Positions 26,832-39,622 are shown, numbered from the stretch's first letter. The stretch is DNA of 64,000 nucleotides from an uncultured Erythrobacter sp. (GCA_963975275.1 CAXBFN010000006.1:132124-196123), one strand, 5' to 3'. Numbers and translations are program-made. Notes: generated by a model from the letters alone, not told the origin.

Positions 26832-28559
26832 TCAGGTGGTCGGCTGGGCTCGTTGGGGGTCGAGCCGGTCGATCTCGCGTTGCGGCTCGCGCGCCGCGCT
26901 CTCGGCCTCGGTCTGGTCGAGCTCGGCAAGCGCGGCTCCTGCCTCGACCGTTTTGAGCCGGGCGAGCGTCGCGCGGAATTCGCGCAGCTCGCTGCCGCTG
27001 AGCTGCGCGCGAGTCACGAAGGACACGCCCGCAGGATTGATCGAGCGCCCGCCGCGGAACATCTCGTAATGCAGATGCGGTCCGGTCGAGAGCCCGGTCG
27101 AGCCGACATAGCCGATCACCTGCCCGCGCCGCACGCTCTGCCCGTTCTGCACCGCGATCCGGCTCATGTGGCAATAGCGCGTGTCCAGGCCGCCCCCATG
27201 CCGCAGGCGAACCGCATTGCCGCAGCCGCCCATGCGGCCGGCGCCGGTCACGCGGCCATCGGTGACCGCGACGATCGGCGTGTCGTGGCGGGCGCGGAAG
27301 TCGACCCCCGAATGCATCCGGCGATAACCCAGGATCGGGTGGCGGCGCATGCCGTAGCTCGAACTCATCGGCCCGGGCACCGGCGCGACCAACCCGCTGC
27401 GCTGCTCGCCCACGCCCGAGGCCTCGAAGAAGGCCCCCTTCTCGCCCCAGCGCATCAATTGCGCGCGCGGCTTGTCGCCGCTTTCGAGCCCGGCGAAGAG
27501 CAATTGCCCGGCCTGGCGCTCGCCGGTCGCGGCGCGGCGGTGCGCCACGATCAGGTCGAAGGTGTCGTCCGCAGCGATCTCGCGGTCCATGTCGACATGA
27601 TCGCCGAGCGCCTTGAGATAGGCCTGCACCGCGCTGGCGGGCGCGCCCGCGGCGCGTGCCGAACGGTAGAGGCTGCTGCCGACGCGTCCGCGGATTCGCA
27701 GCGGGGTGTCGTCGACGCGGATCACCTTGCGTTCGAGCGACAGGGCGCTGCCCGGTCCCGGCCGGGTAAGCGCCAGTTCGAGGTCGAAGCGGGCGCGGAA
27801 CTGGAGGTGGTCGAGCGGCCGCGGCGCCTCCGCGCTGCTGCGGCGGCCCAGCGTGATGTCGATCTTGGTGCCCGGCTCGATCTCGTCGATCGCCATGGCG
27901 TCGCTCACCAGCGCCGCCACTCTGGCGGCATCCTCGCGGCCCACCCCGGCGCGCAGCAGCGTGCGGTCGAAACTGTCGCCGCGCGCCAGCGTCGCCACCA
28001 GCTCGAGCTGCGGGCGTTCGGGCGCCGCGGCGAGCGGGCGGACCAGCGCGGTCGCGCCCATCCGGCGGCCGGTGTCGCTGCCCAGCGCTAGTGGCATGAT
28101 CATGTGGCTGCGGTATTCGTCGATATTGGTGGTCTCGATCCGCGTCGGCGGCGCGGCCTCGAGCGGGGCATAGCCGGGCCAGAAAGCGAGCGCGACCGCG
28201 GTCAGCGCGACGAAGGTTCCGAGCCCGGCGAACCAGCGGCGGCTGCCGATATCGCAGCTCAGATCCCGCGCCAGTTCGAGCCCCGCGGTTCGCGCAGGAC
28301 GAGAACCCTCTGCGGGCAAGGCCGGGGTCGGATCCACCGGCTTGCCCCCGAACACCCAAACGATCTGGTCGTGTCCCAGTCGCGCCGCGGGCAGCGCCCT
28401 GCCGCCCGAGCCATTCGAGCCATTCGAGCCATTGTCGACGCCGGAGCCGACGCCGGAGCCGTTCCGGTCCTGGTCCTCGGGGGACGTGTACACGCGAGAT
28501 ACCTCCGCTTCGGCCGCTGCATCATGGGGATGCGCGGCCCGACCCTTTGCGCGTTTCAT
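26832..28559 (-). CDS. M23 family metallopeptidase with long N-terminal region
   Basis: One TM segment after a Gly/Ser-rich N-terminus. The C-terminal M23 domain has intact HxxxD (HSGVD) and HxH (HLH) motifs. Confidence 0.85.
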   Translation of the reverse strand: MKRAKGRAAHPHDAAAEAEVSRVYTSPEDQDRNGSGVGSGVDNGSNGSNGSGGRALPAARLGHDQIVWVFGGKPVDPTPALPAEGSRPARTAGLELARDLSCDIGSRRWFAGLGTFVALTAVALAFWPGYAPLEAAPPTRIETTNIDEYRSHMIMPLALGSDTGRRMGATALVRPLAAAPERPQLELVATLARGDSFDRTLLRAGVGREDAARVAALVSDAMAIDEIEPGTKIDITLGRRSSAEAPRPLDHLQFRARFDLELALTRPGPGSALSLERKVIRVDDTPLRIRGRVGSSLYRSARAAGAPASAVQAYLKALGDHVDMDREIAADDTFDLIVAHRRAATGERQAGQLLFAGLESGDKPRAQLMRWGEKGAFFEASGVGEQRSGLVAPVPGPMSSSYGMRRHPILGYRRMHSGVDFRARHDTPIVAVTDGRVTGAGRMGGCGNAVRLRHGGGLDTRYCHMSRIAVQNGQSVRRGQVIGYVGSTGLSTGPHLHYEMFRGGRSINPAGVSFVTRAQLSGSELREFRATLARLKTVEAGAALAELDQTEAESAAREPQREIDRLDPQRAQPTT

Positions 28560-28666
28560 CGCGCGCGCAGCCTTGGCCGAGTTTCCTGGCGGATTAAAGT
28601 TAAGGCCCGTTTAAATTGCGGCGATCCGAGTCCCTTGGGCGACAAGGTGCGGCAGGCGGGCGCTGA

Positions 28667-31236
<2,570 letters not shown>

Positions 31237-31237
<1 letters not shown>

Positions 31238-31548
31238 TGCGCGTCGACCGGCTGCTCTATTTCCTCCGTTTTGCGCGTTCGCGCAGCCTCGCCGCGGGGA
31301 TCGTCGCCAGCGGACACTTGCGCCGCAATGGCGAGCGGATTTCGCGCGCGAGCCAGCCGATGGCGCCGGGCGACGTGCTCACCATTGCGCTGGGCAGCCA
31401 GGTGCGGCTGTTCGAACTGCTCGCCCTGCCGACCCGCCGCGGCCCGCCCGCGGAGGCGCGAGCCTGCTACCGGATGCTTGACCCGCACGGCCAAACCGAC
31501 CTAGCAGCGGCACAGACACTATCGCCACGAGGACACGCCGACCCATGA
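31237..31548 (+). CDS. RNA-binding S4 domain protein (Hsp15-like)
   Basis: [35 protein letters not shown]. Its ATG shares one base with the helicase stop (TGATG), and its own stop overlaps the fdxA ATG (ATGA). Confidence 0.8.
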
Positions 31549-31883
31549 CCTACGTCGTCACCGACGCCTGCATCAAATGCAAATACACCGATTGCGTCGA
31601 GGTCTGCCCGGTGGATTGTTTCTACGAGGGCGAGACGATGCTGGTGATCAATCCCAGCGAATGCATCGATTGCGGCGTGTGCGAACCCGAGTGCCCGGCC
31701 GAGGCGATCCTGCCCGACACCGAGGGCGGGCTCGAGCAATGGCTCGAACTCAACACCAAGTTTTCCGCCGACTGGCCCAACATCACCAGCCAGAAGGCGC
31801 CCCCCGAGGATGCCGACGAGCACAAGGGCGAGGAAGGCAAGTTCGAGAAGTACTTCACCCCCGAACCGGGCGAGGGCGACTGA
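31545..31883 (+). CDS. fdxA: 7Fe ferredoxin ([3Fe-4S][4Fe-4S])
   Basis: [29 protein letters not shown]...[12 protein letters not shown]: the canonical FdxA cysteine pattern. Confidence 0.95.
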   Translation: MTYVVTDACIKCKYTDCVEVCPVDCFYEGETMLVINPSECIDCGVCEPECPAEAILPDTEGGLEQWLELNTKFSADWPNITSQKAPPEDADEHKGEEGKFEKYFTPEPGEGD

Positions 31884-31897
31884 TCCGAACTTTGCCG

Positions 31898-32692
31898 ATG
31901 GCCTCCCATTTCGACCATATCAAAGCCGCGTGGGCGGCGGGTAGCGACGACAACATCGGCATCATCGCCGCCGGGATCGCCTATTACGTGCTGCTGGCGC
32001 TGGTGCCGCTGCTGGCGGTCACCGTGCTCGGCTATGGCCTCATTGCCGATCCCGAGACCGTTTCGAATCATATCGCCTTGCTCGCGCAAAACCTGCCGGC
32101 TTCCGCCGCCGATATCATCGGCGAGCAATTGCGCCGGATGAGCGAGGATGGCGAGACAGGCAAGATCCTCAGCCTGCTGGTCGCGCTCGGGATTGCGCTG
32201 TTCGGCGCGCGCAATGGCGCGCGCGCGGTCATGACCGGGCTCAACATCGCCTTCCACGCCGACAGCGCGCGCAGTTTCCTGCGGGGCAATCTGATCGCCA
32301 TCGCGATCACGGTGGGCGCGGTGGTCGGCCTGGCGATAATGGGCGGCGTGGTGGCTGCCGTGAGCGCGATCCCCGGGCCCGCGGGCGCTGTGATCGGTCT
32401 GGTCGTGCTGTTCGGCTTCGCGACGCTGGGTGCCGGCCTGCTGTATCGCTTCGGACCGAACAAGCCCGGCCCGGAATGGCAGGCGATCTGGCCCGCAGCG
32501 GCGCTGTTCGCCCTCCTGTGGATCGCCGCCACTGCAGCGTTCGGAATCTACGCGGCGAATTTCGCCAGCTACAATGCGACTTACGGCTCGCTTGGCGGGG
32601 TGATCGTGTTGATCACCTGGTTCTATCTCAGCGCCTTCTTCCTGTTGCTGGGTGCCGAATTCGCCGCTGTCCGCAACCGGATAGCCTCCTAG
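31898..32692 (+). CDS. YihY/BrkB family membrane protein
   Basis: Internal ATG at 31898. Has IAAGIAYYVLLALVPLL and six hydrophobic segments. C-terminus is YLSAFFLLLGAEFAAV. Confidence 0.85.
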   Translation: MASHFDHIKAAWAAGSDDNIGIIAAGIAYYVLLALVPLLAVTVLGYGLIADPETVSNHIALLAQNLPASAADIIGEQLRRMSEDGETGKILSLLVALGIALFGARNGARAVMTGLNIAFHADSARSFLRGNLIAIAITVGAVVGLAIMGGVVAAVSAIPGPAGAVIGLVVLFGFATLGAGLLYRFGPNKPGPEWQAIWPAAALFALLWIAATAAFGIYAANFASYNATYGSLGGVIVLITWFYLSAFFLLLGAEFAAVRNRIAS

Positions 32693-32724
32693 CAAAGCCG
32701 CCCGGCCGCAGGATTACGCGGACT

Positions 32725-32736
32725 CGCAATATTGCG
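32725..32736. promoter_or_regulatory. perfect 12-bp palindrome CGCAATATTGCG next to a TATAAT hexamer upstream of carD
   Basis: Palindrome at 32725-32736 and TATAAT at 32749-32754. The palindrome sits where a -35 element would be. Confidence 0.35.
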
Positions 32737-32927
32737 AACGATGTGCTATATAATGCAACAACCCTGGCGGCATGCTCCCGCCAGGTGCGTAACACCGAAA
32801 GGGCAGGACACCCCCAAAAGCGTCGTTTCACGGTTCAGGTCTGCGGTTTGTCGAAGCCGCAGCGAGAGCCGTTTTCGCGATATCGCTTTCCCCGGATCCA
32901 CCTGCCCGGGATGAAAGGATCTGTAGC

Positions 32928-33464
32928 ATGGCTAGCAAAGCCGATGATGTCTTCGACGTTGGCGACTACGTTGTCTACCCCAAGCACGGCGTTGGCCGTG
33001 TGATCGAGTTGCAGAGCGAGGAAATCGCCGGGATGCAGCTCGAACTCTATGTGCTGCGCTTCGAGAAGGAACGCATGACGCTGCGCGTTCCGGTGAACAA
33101 GGTCGAGTCGATCGGCATGCGCAAGCTGTCGAGCGACAAGACGCTCAAGGAAGCGATGGAGACGCTCAAGGCCAAGCCCAAGGTCAAGCGGACCATGTGG
33201 AGCCGCCGGGCGCAGGAATACGAAGCCAAGATCAATTCGGGCGACCTGGTGTCGATCGCCGAGGTGACGCGCGACCTGTTCCGCCCCGAGGACCAGCCCG
33301 AGCAGAGCTATTCCGAACGGCAGATCTTCGAAGCGGCCTCGAGCCGCCTCGCCCGCGAACTCGCGGCGATGGAAAAAACCGACGAGCCCGCCGCGCTCGA
33401 GAAGATCCTCGAGGTGCTGCGCGAGCACGCGCCGCAATATTACGGCACCGACGAAGAGGCGTAA
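32928..33464 (+). CDS. carD: CarD-family transcriptional regulator (CdnL)
   Basis: FDVGDYVVYPKHGVGRVIELQSEEIAGMQLELYVLRF (the RNAP-interacting Tudor-like domain), followed by a C-terminal helical domain. Confidence 0.9.
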   Translation: MASKADDVFDVGDYVVYPKHGVGRVIELQSEEIAGMQLELYVLRFEKERMTLRVPVNKVESIGMRKLSSDKTLKEAMETLKAKPKVKRTMWSRRAQEYEAKINSGDLVSIAEVTRDLFRPEDQPEQSYSERQIFEAASSRLARELAAMEKTDEPAALEKILEVLREHAPQYYGTDEEA

Positions 33465-33496
33465 CGCCGGCTTTTCGATGTCCCGACAATAATAAA

Positions 33497-33529
33497 GGGG
33501 GGCTACCTTACGGGGCAGCCCCCTTTTTT
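33497..33529 (+). terminator. rho-independent terminator downstream of carD
   Basis: Stem GGGGGCT / AGCCCCC with a 12-nt loop, followed by TTTTTT. Confidence 0.8.
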
Positions 33530-33654
33530 ATGCCCGCTGCTTGCGAGCAGCGGCGGAACCGTCCGGGCTTGAACCCGCTCTCCTGCTGTATTATATCGGC
33601 AATACGGGCTGCCGATCCATACCGGTGCGCTGAGCACCGCAGCAGGAGGTTTTC

Positions 33655-34458
33655 ATGTTACACAGATTTCTCAAGCGGGTAGCGCCGGTCGTGGCAATGG
33701 CGATGGGCACCGTCGTCTCGGGCTGCAACGGCGCGGAGATCAATTTCGGCGATGGCGACGGTGTGCCGCTGGCCGAACTCGACACCAGCGGCGCGGCGCC
33801 TACCGGCGTGGTTCTGGCCAGTCCCGACACGCTGATCGTTTCCCAAGGTCCGGTGCTCGATATTGCGGTCACCGGCGATTCCGAAGCTGTCGAGGCGATG
33901 CGCTTCACCATCGACGACGGGACGCTCGGCGTGATGCGCCAGAAGGATCTGCGCAATGTCGACGGACGCGCGACCGTGCGCGTCACCATGCCCTCGCTCA
34001 GCTCGATCGTGCTGGCCGGCTCGGGAACCGTCGAAGCCGCCTCGCTGAGCGGCGACGCCGATGTCACCATTGCGGGCTCGGGTACGGTGCGCACCGCACA
34101 GGTGCAGGCGACCAACTTCTCCATGACCGTGGCCGGATCGGGCGCCTACGAGGCCAGCGGCAGCGCCGACGTACTCGACCTGTCGATCGTCGGCTCGGGC
34201 CGCTCGGACATGGGCGATCTGGCAGTTGGCAGCGCGGATGTGAACATTGCCGGATCGGGTGCGGCCGAGTTCGCGTCGGATGGGAAGGTCGAAGCCAATA
34301 TCCTCGGCTCGGGCGAGGTAACGGTGATCGGACGCGCGACCTGCACCATCAATGCGGTCGGCTCTGGCAAGCTCAATTGCCGCGAGGCTCCGAGCGACCC
34401 CGCGACGCGCGCGGAGCCCTCGGCGGGAACCGAGGATTGGTCGCAGGAAGAGAACTGA
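33655..34458 (+). CDS. lipoprotein with head GIN (DUF2807/DUF4097-like) beta-helical domain
   Basis: Lipobox VVSGC. Repeated GSG-containing beta-strand units (LAGSGTVEA, IAGSGTVRT, VAGSGAYEA, IVGSGRSDM, IAGSGAAEF, ILGSGEVTV, AVGSGKLNC). Confidence 0.75.
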   Translation: MLHRFLKRVAPVVAMAMGTVVSGCNGAEINFGDGDGVPLAELDTSGAAPTGVVLASPDTLIVSQGPVLDIAVTGDSEAVEAMRFTIDDGTLGVMRQKDLRNVDGRATVRVTMPSLSSIVLAGSGTVEAASLSGDADVTIAGSGTVRTAQVQATNFSMTVAGSGAYEASGSADVLDLSIVGSGRSDMGDLAVGSADVNIAGSGAAEFASDGKVEANILGSGEVTVIGRATCTINAVGSGKLNCREAPSDPATRAEPSAGTEDWSQEEN

Positions 34459-34511
34459 CGCAGACAACGGACGACGGGGCAAGCGGAAGCGGCTAGGGAG
34501 CGGGCGAAAGG

Positions 34512-34853
34512 ATGTTCGCCATGATTCCTCGCCGCCTCCTGCTTGTCTGCCTGTTGCCCGCCGCCCTGGGCGGTTGCCTCGCCAAAACCGCATTCGATGT
34601 CGCCACCGCTCCGATCCGGGCCGTCAGCAAGGGGGTCGATCTGGCGACCACCAGCCAGTCCGAAAGCGACGAGAACCGCGGCCGCGAAATCCGCCGTCAG
34701 GAAGAGCGGCTGGGCAAGCTCGAGCGCGATTACGAGAAGCAGCTCGACGCCTGCGAGGATGGCAACCGCCGCGCCTGCGACGATGCGCGCGACACCTATG
34801 CCGAGATGCAGCAGATCATCCCGACCATTCCCTACCGGCCGAAGGACGACTGA
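34512..34853 (+). CDS. small lipoprotein, unknown function
   Basis: Lipobox LGGC after a hydrophobic signal, followed by a charged coiled-coil-like segment. No family recognised. Confidence 0.55.
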   Translation: MFAMIPRRLLLVCLLPAALGGCLAKTAFDVATAPIRAVSKGVDLATTSQSESDENRGREIRRQEERLGKLERDYEKQLDACEDGNRRACDDARDTYAEMQQIIPTIPYRPKDD

Positions 34854-34865
34854 GCGCGGGTCCGT

Positions 34866-35798
34866 CTAGGCGGGAGTCGCCGCGCGGCGCAGGCGGTCGT
34901 TGATCGCAAGGCCGAGCCCTTCGCCGGGAACCGGCGCCACCGCGATGCGCGGCTGCGGAGCCTTCGCGCCCAGATGAAGGCAGGCATAGAGGCGCGACGC
35001 CGCTTCGACCAAATCGCCGCGGTCGGACAGATTGCAATCGCCCGCGACGCGCCCGAAGCCGATCAGATACTCGCCCTCTTCGCGCGCCACCGCCCCGAGC
35101 CTGACCGGCTTGCCGGGCGCGTAATGGCTGAGCGTCTGCCCGGGGGCTTCGATTGCAGACGCCGCTTCGATCGGCTCTGCACCCGGGACCGCGATCGGGC
35201 CGGCGCGCAGCGTCTCGATCCGGCCGTGGGTGCGGACGGCGACGATGGTCGATTCCAGCCCCTGCAGGCATTCGCCGCCGTCGAGCACGAGATCGATCCG
35301 GCCGTCGAGCGTTGCCAGCACGTGATCCGCACTGGTCGGGCTGACGAAACCGCTGCGGTTGGCCGAGGGGGCCGCGAGCGGAAACTCGACCGCATCGAGC
35401 AGCGCGGCCATTGCCGGATGCGCCGGCTGGCGCAGCGCCACGGTGGGGAGGCCGGCGGTCACCGCAGGAGCCAGCCCGGCATCGCCGCGCAGCGGGCAGA
35501 CGAGCGTCAGCGGCCCGGGCCAGTACCGTTCGGCCAGGGCCAGCGTACTGTCGTCCAGCACCGCCAGCCGCTGCGCCGCCGAGATCCCCCGCACATGGAC
35601 GATCAGCGGATTGAAACTCGGCCGCCCCTTGGCCGCATAGATCCTCGCCACCGCTGCGGCGCTGTCGGCGCGGGCCGCAAGCCCGTAGACCGTCTCGGTC
35701 GGAACCGCGACCAGCCCGCCCTCGTTGAGGATTCGCGCCGCCCGCGCAATTCCGCCCGCATCCGCCGGCACCCGTTCCGTAGCGTTCTTGCCGCGCAT
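34866..35798 (-). CDS. tsaC: L-threonylcarbamoyladenylate synthase (Sua5/YwlC type)
   Basis: GGLVAVPTETVYGLAA, KGRPSFNPLIVHV, plus a Sua5 C-terminal domain. Confidence 0.9.
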   Translation of the reverse strand: MRGKNATERVPADAGGIARAARILNEGGLVAVPTETVYGLAARADSAAAVARIYAAKGRPSFNPLIVHVRGISAAQRLAVLDDSTLALAERYWPGPLTLVCPLRGDAGLAPAVTAGLPTVALRQPAHPAMAALLDAVEFPLAAPSANRSGFVSPTSADHVLATLDGRIDLVLDGGECLQGLESTIVAVRTHGRIETLRAGPIAVPGAEPIEAASAIEAPGQTLSHYAPGKPVRLGAVAREEGEYLIGFGRVAGDCNLSDRGDLVEAASRLYACLHLGAKAPQPRIAVAPVPGEGLGLAINDRLRRAATPA

Positions 35799-35849
35799 GC
35801 CAGAGCGCTATATTCGCTGGCGCCTATTGCCAAGAGGACATCGCCCATC

Positions 35850-37589
35850 GTGACCTATTCGCCTGCCACCGCCGACCAGCTGCTCGCCATCCGCGTCAAC
35901 GCCGGGATCGAGGAATTGGCGCGCAGCGAGCGCTTCGCCGCCGCCGAGCCCGACATGGTCGAGGCGATCGTCGAGGGCGTCGGTCAGTTCGCCGCGGGCG
36001 AATGGGCGCCGCTCAACCGGATCGGCGATCTCGAGGGCGCGAAGCTGGAGAACGGCGTGGTCCGCCTGCCCGAAGGCTTTGCCGCGGCCTATGAGCATTA
36101 TGTCGAGCAGGGCTGGAATTCGATCGCCAGCCCGGCCGATTTCGGCGGCCAGGGCTTGCCCTTCACGCTGGCCTGCAACGTGCTCGAGAACCTCGGCACC
36201 GCGAACATGGCGTTCAACCTGCTGCCGATGCTCAGTGTCGGGGCGATCGAGGCGCTCGAGCATCACGGCAGCGAGGCGCTGCAGGCGAAGTATCTGCCGC
36301 TGCTGGTGAGCGGCGAATGGTCGGGAACGATGAACCTGACCGAGCCGCAAGCGGGTTCGGATCTGGGCGCGCTGCGCACCAGCGCCACCCCGATCGCCGA
36401 GGGCGAGCATGCGGGCAAGTTCCGCATCAAGGGACAGAAGATCTACATCACCTGGGGCGATCACGAGCTGGCGAAGAACATCATCCACCTCGTGCTCGCG
36501 CGCCTGCCGGATGCGCCCGAGGGCAGCCGCGGCATCTCGCTGTTCGTGGTGCCCAAATATCATGTGAAGGACGATGGCGCCCCCGGCGCGCGCAACGATC
36601 TGCGCTGCGTCAGCCTCGAGCACAAGCTCGGGATCAACGCCTCGCCCACCTGCGTGATGAGCTATGGCGACAATGACGAATGCATCGGCGAGCTTGTGGG
36701 CGCGGAGAACCGCGGCTTGATGGCGATGTTCACGATGATGAACAACGCGCGGATCAATGTCGGCACGCAAGGGGTGCAGATCGCCGAGCGCGCCACCCAG
36801 CAGGCGCAGGATTACGCTGCCGACCGGATCCAGTCGGCTCGCGCGGGTTCACCCGACCGGACCCCGGTGGCGATCCTCGAGCATCCCGATGTTCGCCGGA
36901 TGTTGCTGCGGATGAAAGCGCTCACCGAGGCCGTGCGCGCACTGCTTTATTATACCGCCGGGCAGGTCGATCGCGGCACGCTGGGGAACACCGATGCCGC
37001 CGCGCGCGCCGAGGTGCTGGTCCCGCTGCTCAAGGCCTGGGGCACCGATGTCGGGGTCGAGGCGGCGAGCCTGGGCATCCAGATTCACGGCGGAATGGGC
37101 TTCATCGAGGAAACCGGCGCCGCGCAGCACTGGCGCGACGCGCGGATCGCGCCGATCTACGAAGGCACCAACGGCATCCAGGCCGCCGATCTCGTCACCC
37201 GCAAGCTCGGGCTCGAAGACGGTCAGGCGCTGATTGGCCTGCTCGAGGAGATCGCGCGCGAGAGCGCCGACGAACCGGCGCTGTTCGCGCTGGCGGGCGA
37301 ATGCGCCGCGGTGGCGCGCTGGATGCGCGAAGAAGCCAGCCTCGACGACCGGCTGGCAGGCAGCGTGCCGTTCTGCACCATGATGGCTGTGGCGGTCGCG
37401 GGCTGGCAGCTGACGAAACAGGCCTCGGCAGTTGAGGCGGGCGCGGCGCCGGCACTGGCCGCGACCAAGCCGGGTACGGTGCGCTTCTTTCTCGACCGGA
37501 TCGTGCCCGAGGCCAGCGGATTGAAAGCCAGTGCGATCGCCGGAGCCGAATCGCTCTATGCGGTCAGCACCGAGGCGCTGCTCGGCTGA
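35850..37589 (+). CDS. acyl-CoA dehydrogenase (long type with N- and C-terminal extensions)
   Basis: GTG at 35850 within track ORF 34974-37589; the upstream part is antisense to tsaC. Has GWNSIASPADFGGQGLP, GTMNLTEPQAGSDLG, ITWGDHE and IYEGTNGIQA. Confidence 0.85.
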   Translation: MTYSPATADQLLAIRVNAGIEELARSERFAAAEPDMVEAIVEGVGQFAAGEWAPLNRIGDLEGAKLENGVVRLPEGFAAAYEHYVEQGWNSIASPADFGGQGLPFTLACNVLENLGTANMAFNLLPMLSVGAIEALEHHGSEALQAKYLPLLVSGEWSGTMNLTEPQAGSDLGALRTSATPIAEGEHAGKFRIKGQKIYITWGDHELAKNIIHLVLARLPDAPEGSRGISLFVVPKYHVKDDGAPGARNDLRCVSLEHKLGINASPTCVMSYGDNDECIGELVGAENRGLMAMFTMMNNARINVGTQGVQIAERATQQAQDYAADRIQSARAGSPDRTPVAILEHPDVRRMLLRMKALTEAVRALLYYTAGQVDRGTLGNTDAAARAEVLVPLLKAWGTDVGVEAASLGIQIHGGMGFIEETGAAQHWRDARIAPIYEGTNGIQAADLVTRKLGLEDGQALIGLLEEIARESADEPALFALAGECAAVARWMREEASLDDRLAGSVPFCTMMAVAVAGWQLTKQASAVEAGAAPALAATKPGTVRFFLDRIVPEASGLKASAIAGAESLYAVSTEALLG

Positions 37590-37592
37590 GGC

Positions 37593-39074
37593 CTACTGCG
37601 CGGGCTGTTCGCGCGCGTAGTCGTCTTCGCCGAAAGTCGCGCGGATCCCGCCGGTCAACTCCCGCTGCGGCGGGAGACGACCGGAGCGTTCGCGGACTAT
37701 TTCCGGCGAAGCTTCCGCGCCGGGTGCGAAAACGCGCCAGATTATCCCGGCCGTATCGTCGCTGACTAGCAAGGAACCGTCCTGCGCCCACTCGACCCAG
37801 GTCGGGCGGCCGCGCGTGGTCTCGTTGTCCTGAAGGAAGCCTCCAAGTACCGGGACCGGCTTGCCCTGCGGATTGCCGCGCTCGTCGAAAGGCACATAGA
37901 CCACATTGTAACCCGACGGCGGCTTGCGGTTCCACGAGCCGTGTTGCGCGATGAAGGCGCCGTGATCGAATCGTTCGCCCATCCGCGAGCCCTGCTCGGT
38001 GAACACGAGACCCAGCGCCGCGACATGCGGCCCCAGCGCATATTCGGGGCGGCGCGCGTATTCGGTCAGATAGGCGGGCATCGGTGCCTCGACGCGCTGG
38101 TCGATATTGTCCCGCCAATAGACCCAGGGCCAGCCATACTGCGCGCCCAGCGGCACATTGGTGAGATAGTCGGGCACCAGATCGGAGCCGAGCATGTCGC
38201 GCTCGTTGACCGTGGTCCACAGCTCGCCCGACCACGGGTTGAAATCGAGGCCGTTGGGATTGCGCAGCCCGGCACCGAAGACGCGCTGCGTATTGGTCTC
38301 GAGATTGTACTCCCAGATCAGCGCGCGGCCCTCTTCGGCTTCCATCCCCTGATCGCCGATGTTCGAAACCGAACCCACCGCCACATAGAGCAGTTCCCGG
38401 TCGGGATGCAGTTCCAGGTTGCGCATCCAGTGGCCGCCGCCGGGCGAGAGATCCATCAGCTTGCGCGGCTCTCCCGAGACCCGGGCCGCCCCGAGTTCAT
38501 AGGGATAGGCGAGCACCGCATCGTGATTGGCGACGTAGAGAGTGCCATCGCGCCAGGCCAGACCCGAGGGCGAATCGAGCCCGTCCAGCAGCGTCTCCTT
38601 CACCTCGGCCCGGCCGTCGCCGTCCGTATCGCGAAGGAGCGCGATTTCATTGGCGGGATCGCCCCCGGCTCCGGCCTTGCCCATCAGCAGGCCGGCGATG
38701 AAGTTTTCGATCCTCGTGCCGATGGAAGGGTCGGCATCCTCGGGCTTGGTGCCCGGCTTGCCCGTGAGCGCAACGAGAACATCGCCATTTGGCAGCGTGT
38801 GGATGGTGCGCGGGTGATCGAGCCCCTCGGCGAAGCGCGTCACCGCCAGACCCTCGACCGCCTCGGGCTTCTCGTCCGCAGCCCAGCCGACGGGTTCGGC
38901 GATCTGGACAGTGGGGAAACCCTCCTCGTTCGGTTCCTGAAGCGTCGGGTCGGTGCCGGCGACCGCCTCGACGCTCAGCTCGGCGGTGTCGCCGCGCAGC
39001 AGGTATGCCGCTGCGACGAACGCCAGCAGGATCAGGACGAGGATCGCGATGAGGATTTTCTTGCCGGTGGTCAT
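37593..39074 (-). CDS. PQQ-dependent sugar (sorbosone/glucose) dehydrogenase family protein
   Basis: N-terminal TM anchor and beta-propeller repeats. Has GLRNPNGLDFNPWSGELWTTVNERD and SLLVSDDTAGIIWRV. Confidence 0.85.
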   Translation of the reverse strand: MTTGKKILIAILVLILLAFVAAAYLLRGDTAELSVEAVAGTDPTLQEPNEEGFPTVQIAEPVGWAADEKPEAVEGLAVTRFAEGLDHPRTIHTLPNGDVLVALTGKPGTKPEDADPSIGTRIENFIAGLLMGKAGAGGDPANEIALLRDTDGDGRAEVKETLLDGLDSPSGLAWRDGTLYVANHDAVLAYPYELGAARVSGEPRKLMDLSPGGGHWMRNLELHPDRELLYVAVGSVSNIGDQGMEAEEGRALIWEYNLETNTQRVFGAGLRNPNGLDFNPWSGELWTTVNERDMLGSDLVPDYLTNVPLGAQYGWPWVYWRDNIDQRVEAPMPAYLTEYARRPEYALGPHVAALGLVFTEQGSRMGERFDHGAFIAQHGSWNRKPPSGYNVVYVPFDERGNPQGKPVPVLGGFLQDNETTRGRPTWVEWAQDGSLLVSDDTAGIIWRVFAPGAEASPEIVRERSGRLPPQRELTGGIRATFGEDDYAREQPAQ

Positions 39075-39139
39075 GGCGAAGAGTTCTATGGCAGTGTTCG
39101 GCTTGCGGCAATGGGATCGCGCCCTAAATAGCGGCCCCT

Positions 39140-39622
39140 ATGTATGATTTCAGACCCGCCGCTCAAACGGCCAAGCCCGAGCTCTATCACGACCTGCTTC
39201 AGGCCGCCGAAGCGCTGACCGCCGGCGAACGCGATGGCGTGGCCAATATGGCCAATGTCGCGGCGCTGTTGTGGGAGTTCCTCGGCGAGGTGAACTGGAC
39301 CGGCTTCTACCGGATGGTCGATGGCGAGCTGGTACTGGGACCCTTTGTCGGGCGGCCCGCCTGCATCCGCATTCCCGTCGGCCAGGGTGTCTGCGGTGCC
39401 GCAGCAAAGAGCGGCGCCACACAGCTGGTCGAGGATGTGCATGCCTTTCCCGGCCATATCGCCTGCGACGGCGACACGCAGTCCGAGCTGGTGGTCCCGG
39501 TGCTTCGCGGCGGTGCGGTGATCGCAGTGATCGATCTCGACAGCCCCGCGCTTGGCCGGTTCGACGCCGAGGACAGGGCTGGAATCGAAGCCCTCGCGGC
39601 GATGCTCGCCGAGCGTATCTGA
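39140..39622 (+). CDS. GAF domain protein (free methionine-(R)-sulfoxide reductase MsrC family)
   Basis: WTGFYRMVDGELVLGPFVGRPACIRIPVGQGVCGAAA...HIACDGDTQSELVVPV. Confidence 0.85.
   Translation: MYDFRPAAQTAKPELYHDLLQAAEALTAGERDGVANMANVAALLWEFLGEVNWTGFYRMVDGELVLGPFVGRPACIRIPVGQGVCGAAAKSGATQLVEDVHAFPGHIACDGDTQSELVVPVLRGGAVIAVIDLDSPALGRFDAEDRAGIEALAAMLAERI

Noticed and set aside
25771-28359. 862-aa minus-strand ORF
   Set aside because: Only the last 331 codons are hemB. The upstream part is an alternative frame across the M23 peptidase gene at 26832-28559.
33569-33597. Sigma-70-like promoter TTGAAC-N17-TATATC upstream of the GIN-domain lipoprotein, and similar hexamer pairs elsewhere
   Set aside because: The matches are weak (4 of 6 in the -10 element), and hexamer spotting by eye in isolated AT-richer patches is unreliable. 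They are not listed as features.
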